Shown here piece after piece: positions 58,199 through 64,000 of a stretch of DNA of 64,000 bases; position 1 is the stretch's first letter, and each line of letters opens with the position of its first letter. The translations under genes and the position numbers were made by a program. The notes under the pieces were generated by a model, which ran no database searches, had not been told where the DNA came from, and saw only the letters and a program-made list of their open reading frames with translations. Origin of the DNA: an uncultured virus (IMG/VR IMGVR_UViG_3300035199_000776) (Duplodnaviria; Heunggongvirae; Uroviricota; Caudoviricetes); IMG/VR virus record IMGVR_UViG_3300035199_000776; one strand, written 5' to 3'.

Positions 58199-59033
58199 TT
58201 AAATTATCCAAAACTGTTCCCACTATCTCGTCTTGTTTGTGACGCATATATTCGATAAGATCAGATCCCTTTTTAGAGAACCAGTCTTCATGAATAGCAC
58301 CAATATTATTGGTGGTCTTAGTTTTCATCCCCATCATCCGGGCCTCTACAACGATTCTAGATAGCGTCTCTGGGGTTTTAGGTAAGAAAACCAAGGTAGA
58401 ATGACTACCCAAGTTACGCAAGAACGTAGACTCATCCGAGGGCGGTATAAGTATATAGTCTAGTCCGAGTGTTTCGCAATATCGAACGGCCTCGTGAGTA
58501 TTTTTGTGCGGTATGGGCGAATTCATAATTGCACATGTGTCAGTTTTGGGTTGTTTGCTGATTTCTTCCAGCAAAGAAAAATGTTCTCTAGTCCACAAAT
58601 TTCCACCCAAACTAATAATATTGTCAAGCTCTAAGTTTTTTCTAACTATCTCAGCATGAAAATTACTCTGGCACAGCACTACAGTCGCCTTTGCATAAAA
58701 TTCTCTATTAATAATATGCTTCTCGGGAACTTGATAGTTCGGATACAAATTCGGATTCCTACTGGTCAGATATTTATGATCATGTTCGTATATAATATAA
58801 TTTCTATCTTGTAGTTTTTTTTTATTTGCTTCGGACAAATTTACAAAATTTGAAACAATAATATTTTTAGGATGCGTCAAATCAAAACAATTAACCTGAT
58901 GACTGTTAATTCGGCGGATACTATATCCCTGGCACTGGAGTTTATGTATTAATACATCATTGTTTATCTCTCCGCCGCCAGAGATCTGGTCTGCGAAGAA
59001 ATCGGCTATAAAAAGTATATCAGCCAAACTCAA
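58191..59033 (-). CDS. Putative GT-B glycosyltransferase
   Basis: GGGE, EHDHKY, PETLSRIVVEARMMG (Ex7E-like). Confidence 0.6.
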   Translation of the reverse strand: MSLADILFIADFFADQISGGGEINNDVLIHKLQCQGYSIRRINSHQVNCFDLTHPKNIIVSNFVNLSEANKKKLQDRNYIIYEHDHKYLTSRNPNLYPNYQVPEKHIINREFYAKATVVLCQSNFHAEIVRKNLELDNIISLGGNLWTREHFSLLEEISKQPKTDTCAIMNSPIPHKNTHEAVRYCETLGLDYILIPPSDESTFLRNLGSHSTLVFLPKTPETLSRIVVEARMMGMKTKTTNNIGAIHEDWFSKKGSDLIEYMRHKQDEIVGTVLDNLNE

Positions 59034-60267
59034 CTACACTAGAATTAAACTCTTCAAGTTGGCCGTTAACATCAATTGTTTCCGCATAGATCGAATCCAC
59101 AAATAGCCGGTGTTGATTTTCTAAAGTAAATTCTTCCAAAACCCATTCTTGCAAAACCTTGGCCTTTTTCAGCCATTTTCCACCTTTACGAACTTGGCGT
59201 ATACGCTGTTTAAACGAACCTTCATGTGGAAAACACCACATTGAATCTGCCTGGATTACACCGTTCCACACGGCCTCTTGCTGGACCGGCCTGATGTCGT
59301 AATTGACCGGCAAGAAGCAGGGAGTTTTATCCTTGACAAGAAAACTCAAATGTCCGGACCAGTCAGGAGCCACAATAGGTTTGCCAGCTTGAGCGAATTC
59401 GAACAAGGGCAAACCAAAACCTTCACCGTGTGCAGTTGTTACCATACAAGAAATCTTGGGATGATTATACAACGCAGCCATTTCTGATTCTGATAAATCT
59501 CCATGGAGAAGATATACTTTGCACTTCTTCTCATCTTCGTCTAGCTCCAAAGAATTGGCTATATATTTAAGCCGATTAACAGTATACTGTCTATCCATCT
59601 TATTATTTCTTCTATGACTAGTTTTAACCACAAGACCAACTTCCTGGTCCCAACACTCTTCTAGCCACCAACGAACGAGATTTTCTATATTCTTTCTTGG
59701 GCCCCATTGTCCAACAGTAAGATAATTGAAATCATAATCCAAATCTAAATCAAAATTAATATCTGGCTCGATGCATCTTACTGGATATCCGACGACTTCG
59801 ATTGGGGTTTGTAATCTAAGCTGTGCTGGAATACCATCTTGATCTTGTCCGTCATAAATTGTATTTTCGAAGCCCCACTTTGCATGCTCAGAAACCACTA
59901 TCACCTTATCCATTTCGTTTGCTTTTTGAAGCCATACGGGGGCGACTTTCGTTGTTTCGATTCCGGCCGTTACGCCAATATTGATCGGCGCGAGATCTTC
60001 CCACTCATTTGGGATTGATACTTGTATAGAAATATCAAACAGAAGCTTTTGCTGTATATAACTTTGAGTTTTGAGGATCTGTTGATCCATCCAAGTTCGA
60101 AATTCATCTACTTCTGTGAGCCAACCGGTCTGGCCCCACCCAACAGGAATAATAAAAATATCAAATAAATCTTCACGGGAATGCAGGGCGCGAAGAACCA
60201 TTCTTGCATGCTCGCCGTAACCTGATTGTGTAAGGCAAGGGCCCCTAACTAATACTTTTTTTCTCAT
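59020..60267 (-). CDS. Glycosyltransferase family 4
   Basis: SGYG, RKN, GEGFGLPLFE (Ex7E), WSGH; start ATG 60267. Confidence 0.9.
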   Translation of the reverse strand: MRKKVLVRGPCLTQSGYGEHARMVLRALHSREDLFDIFIIPVGWGQTGWLTEVDEFRTWMDQQILKTQSYIQQKLLFDISIQVSIPNEWEDLAPINIGVTAGIETTKVAPVWLQKANEMDKVIVVSEHAKWGFENTIYDGQDQDGIPAQLRLQTPIEVVGYPVRCIEPDINFDLDLDYDFNYLTVGQWGPRKNIENLVRWWLEECWDQEVGLVVKTSHRRNNKMDRQYTVNRLKYIANSLELDEDEKKCKVYLLHGDLSESEMAALYNHPKISCMVTTAHGEGFGLPLFEFAQAGKPIVAPDWSGHLSFLVKDKTPCFLPVNYDIRPVQQEAVWNGVIQADSMWCFPHEGSFKQRIRQVRKGGKWLKKAKVLQEWVLEEFTLENQHRLFVDSIYAETIDVNGQLEEFNSSVVEFG

Positions 60268-61535
60268 GCTACCTCCAAAAGTTCCCAAGATTTATATCCC
60301 TTTCTATTTTCCCAGGAACCGTAGCGTTCATGAACACTGTCCATCAGTTCAATCCAAGATTTACAAAAATTCTCAAAATTATAGTTCTTTTCAATGTGTT
60401 GTCGGCCTCTTAAGCCCAATTCTCTTCTGTCTTCTCTTGAAAGGCTATACATCTTATCTAGCGCTTTAATAAAATCCTCTTTGGATACTCGGTCCTCATA
60501 AATAAACGGAACCTGCTGAGAGCCTATAATAGCCTTAGATGAAGGCTCTAAGCCTATACCAAACCAATTCTCTCCGTCCGTAACTTGTTCTTGTAAGCCG
60601 CCGGTCATATTTACAATAATTGGTGTTCCACAGGAAAGTGATTCGAGCGTAGCCAAACCAAAACCTTCGGCATCTGAGATGTTAATTGTAACATCGGCTA
60701 TATTATACATCGCTGCTAAATTACCCGGTTCAACCTTGGCTCTAGAAATAACTATACGGCCGTCTGCGGCTTCGAGATCTGCGATGATTGCTTCGAGATC
60801 TTGGCCGTTTGGATCTTTGGGGTCAGTATGCATAATTAATTTAACCTTCTCGGGTCCAATCTTTTCTGCCCACTCGTTGAACCACCACATCAAAGAACCA
60901 GACATTTTACGTCGGGCATTTCTATTGTTCCAAAAGCAAACAAACAAATCTTCTGAATCTTCACCAAATTGTTGGCGTCTAAAATCATTAATTTTTTCTT
61001 CGTCCAGAGGTCTAAAAATATTCATATCGACCGCGTGAGGAATATAATGGCGCTCAACTGTTGGAGCAGTAGTGGCGACGATATCATCTGTAACTTTTGA
61101 TATCGTCGCAACAACATCAGTTGATTCATATTTAACCCTGTTAAATGTTGGATATGGATAATTATCCCATACGTGGTAATATACCATGGGGATATGCGGC
61201 CGAATTTCATTTTCCATATCCCAAAGCCATTCAAAAAAACGAGGGTCAGTCATAAACCAAAGAATATCTGGCTTTTGTTGAACTAACATCGAACGTACCA
61301 TATCTTGATTTCCGTAACCATCAACTGGGTGGACGATAAGATCATCCCCATACTGTTCTGTTTTTTGGGGTTGGTAGTTATCGTGTTTTACCGCGCCACC
61401 AAAACATAAAAATTGATACCGGCCGGTGTTTAAAAGTGTTTCAATTATATACCTTGTTTGTGTCCCTACGCCCGATGGCGCGAAAGGATGGTCCGATATA
61501 ACAAAAACCTTAATCTTCTTCTGCTGTTCGCTCAT
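60264..61535 (-). CDS. Glycosyltransferase family 4
   Basis: SGVG, IPHAVD, NRNARRK, EGFGLATLESLSCGTP, TGGL. Confidence 0.9.
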   Translation of the reverse strand: MSEQQKKIKVFVISDHPFAPSGVGTQTRYIIETLLNTGRYQFLCFGGAVKHDNYQPQKTEQYGDDLIVHPVDGYGNQDMVRSMLVQQKPDILWFMTDPRFFEWLWDMENEIRPHIPMVYYHVWDNYPYPTFNRVKYESTDVVATISKVTDDIVATTAPTVERHYIPHAVDMNIFRPLDEEKINDFRRQQFGEDSEDLFVCFWNNRNARRKMSGSLMWWFNEWAEKIGPEKVKLIMHTDPKDPNGQDLEAIIADLEAADGRIVISRAKVEPGNLAAMYNIADVTINISDAEGFGLATLESLSCGTPIIVNMTGGLQEQVTDGENWFGIGLEPSSKAIIGSQQVPFIYEDRVSKEDFIKALDKMYSLSREDRRELGLRGRQHIEKNYNFENFCKSWIELMDSVHERYGSWENRKGYKSWELLEVA

Positions 61536-61542
61536 TCATTCC

Positions 61543-62304
61543 TCATGTACAATGTTTTGTTTTATAAAAAGGGCAATATTTACAAGATAGTCTATTCTTG
61601 AATACTCTTTTCTTCTCTATATTAATAACCGCATGTCGAAGAAGTGTCAAGGCATTATTTATCTTTTTTTGCCCGGTTGAAATACGAAATATCTCAACTT
61701 GGTTCTTCTTCGCGGTTCTTTTGAGCAATCCAAAGTGTGTTTCGATTTGCTCTAACGGGACATTATGCTTCTTGGCCCAAAAGCGTTTATATAATACTAA
61801 TTGATAGCCGATAATCTTATCGGCCTTCTTGCGGGCGTCCCAGCCCCAAGAACAAGTTTTCCAGTCGATAATGTGATATTTCTCGTCTGGGGTTTGGATA
61901 ATAAGATCGATATAGCCTTTGAGCTTAATATCAATATCATCGACTTCTTCGTGAAGTTCTTCTTCTACTCCTATAACTTTGTACCCAGGGAAAGTAGCAT
62001 CAAGCGCATCGGCAACCTTGTCGATTATTCCAGGTGCTTGAGCATACATGCTTTCATGTAGGCTTTTATCTATGACATCAGGTTTGAGCTTTCCAACTTC
62101 TTCGTTGAAAGCCTCTATAAAGTATTCCTGCCCTGAGATGTCTTTTTTCAGGGCGATATTTTCGCATACGCTATGTATAGCTGAGCCGAAGGCCGTATAA
62201 AGATTCCCTGTAAAATCTTCAAGGCCGTCAACGTATTTCAGCTTATGTCTATGCGTACACTCGTTCCAAAGCTTAAGCTCAGAATAAGATATGTAGTCAC
62301 GCAC
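61543..62304 (-). CDS. Cas4-like PD-(D/E)XK exonuclease with 4Fe-4S cysteine staple
   Basis: ISYSEL...C, GSAIH, GYIDL, IIDWKT, QLVLY, CKYCPFYKTKHC. Confidence 0.85.
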   Translation of the reverse strand: MRDYISYSELKLWNECTHRHKLKYVDGLEDFTGNLYTAFGSAIHSVCENIALKKDISGQEYFIEAFNEEVGKLKPDVIDKSLHESMYAQAPGIIDKVADALDATFPGYKVIGVEEELHEEVDDIDIKLKGYIDLIIQTPDEKYHIIDWKTCSWGWDARKKADKIIGYQLVLYKRFWAKKHNVPLEQIETHFGLLKRTAKKNQVEIFRISTGQKKINNALTLLRHAVINIEKKRVFKNRLSCKYCPFYKTKHCT

Positions 62305-62633
62305 TATTCCTCCGGTGTGACGGAAACAGTTTTTTTCTTACTACTATTATAACTTCTTTTCTTCGGTTTAGCAACAACTTTTTTTGGTTTTACGATTATT
62401 TTCTCGAATTTCCAAATACCGTCTTGAGAATAATCAGCAGAATTGCTAACTTGTCCAGCACTTTCTATCAAACTATAATCTTTATATCCGTGCTCTCTTA
62501 TATACTGTATAGCATCAGCATCTTTAAAAAGTATAACAGGAATTCCCTGTCTTTTATGATAAACTCGACGAACTTCGGCGGAGACGATTAATTCAAGAAT
62601 CTTTCCATTTTCAACTAGTTTCTTGCTTATCAT
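62304..62633 (-). CDS. Hypothetical protein with basic C-terminus
   Basis: 109 aa, GGAG upstream, coupled overlaps. Confidence 0.55.
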   Translation of the reverse strand: MISKKLVENGKILELIVSAEVRRVYHKRQGIPVILFKDADAIQYIREHGYKDYSLIESAGQVSNSADYSQDGIWKFEKIIVKPKKVVAKPKKRSYNSSKKKTVSVTPEE

Positions 62634-62895
62634 TCTCTTCTCCTTTCATAAGTTCCATACCAATATCGACATCAAGAAGTGCTTGCTTATAGCCGCGAAT
62701 AAAATTCTCTTCCGCTATTGGTAGTAAAAACTCTGGAAAGTCTTTGGCGAATACTTCAATAATCATCTCAATTGTTATCTCGTTATTGTCTGGCTGTAAT
62801 TTCTGCCCTACATAATCGATGATAAACTCTTTAAATGAATTTGTATTTTCGACCTTCTCTTTCAAAGAAGGATTTTCTGCTTCAATCTGACTCAT
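62611..62895 (-). CDS. Hypothetical protein
   Basis: 94 aa, GAGG RBS. Confidence 0.6.
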   Translation of the reverse strand: MSQIEAENPSLKEKVENTNSFKEFIIDYVGQKLQPDNNEITIEMIIEVFAKDFPEFLLPIAEENFIRGYKQALLDVDIGMELMKGEENDKQETS

Positions 62896-62902
62896 TATAA
62901 CC

Positions 62903-64000
62903 TCATAGTATTTTTGCTGCTAGTGAAGCAACATCTGAACGTTCACCCTTTTTGAGTGTAACGTGTCCGGCGATAGAGTGGTCTTTAAACCTTTCAACGG
63001 CGTGTGTAAGACCGGAGGACATCTCATTAATATAAATATTATCGATTTGTTCTATATCACCTGTTAGGACAATTTTTGTCCCTTCTCCGACACGAGTTAA
63101 TATGGTTTTAATCTCGTGACTTGTTAAATTTTGGGCCTCGTCAATAATGATATAAGCATTTGATATTGACCGGCCGCGGATATAAGTAAGGGCTTCCATT
63201 TCAATTAAGCCATTACCTAAATATTGATCCAAAGTTGTTTGATCATCTCCTGTTAAAAATTTAAGATTATCTTGAACCGGGGCTAGCCAAGGAGCCATTT
63301 TTTCCATCATCGACCCGGGTAAGAATCCAATATCTTTACCCATCGGCATTACAGGCCGAGAAACAACCAACTTTTTATATATTCCTTCTGGCGCCCAAAA
63401 AGTTTTAGCCATCTCTTTTATACTTGGGTTTGATACGACTTGTTCTAACCCTGCCGCTATAGCTATTAAAGTCTTTCCGGAGCCGGCCTTTCCGATAAGA
63501 GAAACAATTTTGATTTCCGGGTCCATAAGAAGATTAATAGCGAATAGTTGTTCTTTATTCCTCGGACGAATTCCCCATAGCCCATCTTTATATTCTGTTA
63601 TTTTTTGTAATGGTTTCATGTGACTAGTATATCTACATAAAGCCGTCTTTTTTTCTGTAAGGTTAGAAACCAGCATTATAAACTGGTTCACATGCAAACG
63701 TTTGCTCTGTTCCTCGTCCAAGTAAACATATTCATCTGCGTAAAACTGATCAATGAACTGATCATCGACCAATACTTTTCCAAAGCCGCTGTATAGCTCT
63801 GATTCTTCTTTAATGATCTGGTTTTCTTTGTAATCTTCGCTTTGTATTCCAATCGCGTCACAAATAACACGCATGTTAATATCGCGACTGACAGCAATTG
63901 TTTTCCTATTCCCGTTCTCGATGTCCTCTGATAAGACAGTGGCGATTATGACATGGTCGGCGACCGTAGGATCTAGATCATGGGGAAGGAGCCGGTCATC
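62903..64000 (-). CDS. phoH: PIN-PhoH (PhoH2/YlaK-like) protein, 5' end beyond the window
   Basis: GKAGSGKT, IGFLPG, YIRGRS, IIDEAQN, TGDIEQID. The frame stays open upstream of 63874 (ADHVIIAT...VSRDINMR, PIN-like) to the window edge. Confidence 0.9.
   Translation of the reverse strand, partial: DDRLLPHDLDPTVADHVIIATVLSEDIENGNRKTIAVSRDINMRVICDAIGIQSEDYKENQIIKEESELYSGFGKVLVDDQFIDQFYADEYVYLDEEQSKRLHVNQFIMLVSNLTEKKTALCRYTSHMKPLQKITEYKDGLWGIRPRNKEQLFAINLLMDPEIKIVSLIGKAGSGKTLIAIAAGLEQVVSNPSIKEMAKTFWAPEGIYKKLVVSRPVMPMGKDIGFLPGSMMEKMAPWLAPVQDNLKFLTGDDQTTLDQYLGNGLIEMEALTYIRGRSISNAYIIIDEAQNLTSHEIKTILTRVGEGTKIVLTGDIEQIDNIYINEMSSGLTHAVERFKDHSIAGHVTLKKGERSDVASLAAKIL

Noticed and set aside
61543..62304. 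CRISPR-Cas locus
   Set aside because: Only a solo Cas4-like gene is present; no repeat-spacer array or other cas genes were seen.
1..64000. Plus-strand ORFs and short alternate-frame minus ORFs in the ORF track
   Set aside because: All lie antisense to or inside longer motif-bearing minus-strand genes and show no recognisable motifs; they are treated as shadow ORFs.
1..64000. Stop-codon reassignment (alternative genetic code as in some jumbo phages)
   Set aside because: Very long ORFs are intact in the standard code, coding density is near complete, and TAA, TAG and TGA all end genes at sensible junctions.
1..64000. Eukaryotic giant virus (NCLDV) origin suggested by the Mre11-Rad50 fusion and glycan genes
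   Set aside because: gp6/gp25 baseplate genes, an M23 peptidase, a sigma factor, SD sites and sigma70 promoters indicate a tailed bacteriophage.

Overview
The window is a 64-kb segment of a large (probably jumbo) myovirus-type dsDNA bacteriophage. All credible genes lie on the minus strand, densely packed, in the standard code with Shine-Dalgarno sites. In transcription order (high to low coordinates) it holds: (1) PIN-PhoH and a Cas4-like nuclease; (2) a ~17.5-kb cluster of about 21 soluble glycan genes (GT4, GT2, GT32- and GT47-like transferases, sulfotransferase, methyltransferase, PIG-L deacetylase, Gmd, Fcl/ColC-like reductase, perosamine synthase-like and ColD-like PLP enzymes, epimerase, UDP-glucose dehydrogenase); (3) small genes and a gp55-like sigma factor; (4) a ~35-kb baseplate/tail module (M23 peptidase with gp5-like N-terminus, 2636-aa and 3368-aa giant proteins, gp25, gp6, DNRLRE-like and FN3-like proteins); (5) RuvC-like resolvase, primase, a cassette of small genes sharing conserved N-terminal leaders, and a single-chain Mre11-Rad50 (SbcD-SbcC) fusion missed by the ORF track. 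Two promoter classes are visible: sigma70-like TTGACT-N17-TATA(C/T)T, and an ACTATTTA motif upstream of structural genes. The top hypotheses are a phage-encoded virion glycosylation system acting on a recurrent [S/T]-[G/A/S]-[S/T] motif in outer structural proteins, and a modular capsid-cargo system using MKITKxQLKxIIKEE / MKLIMENWR leaders. All annotations come from motif recognition by eye; no database searches were run.
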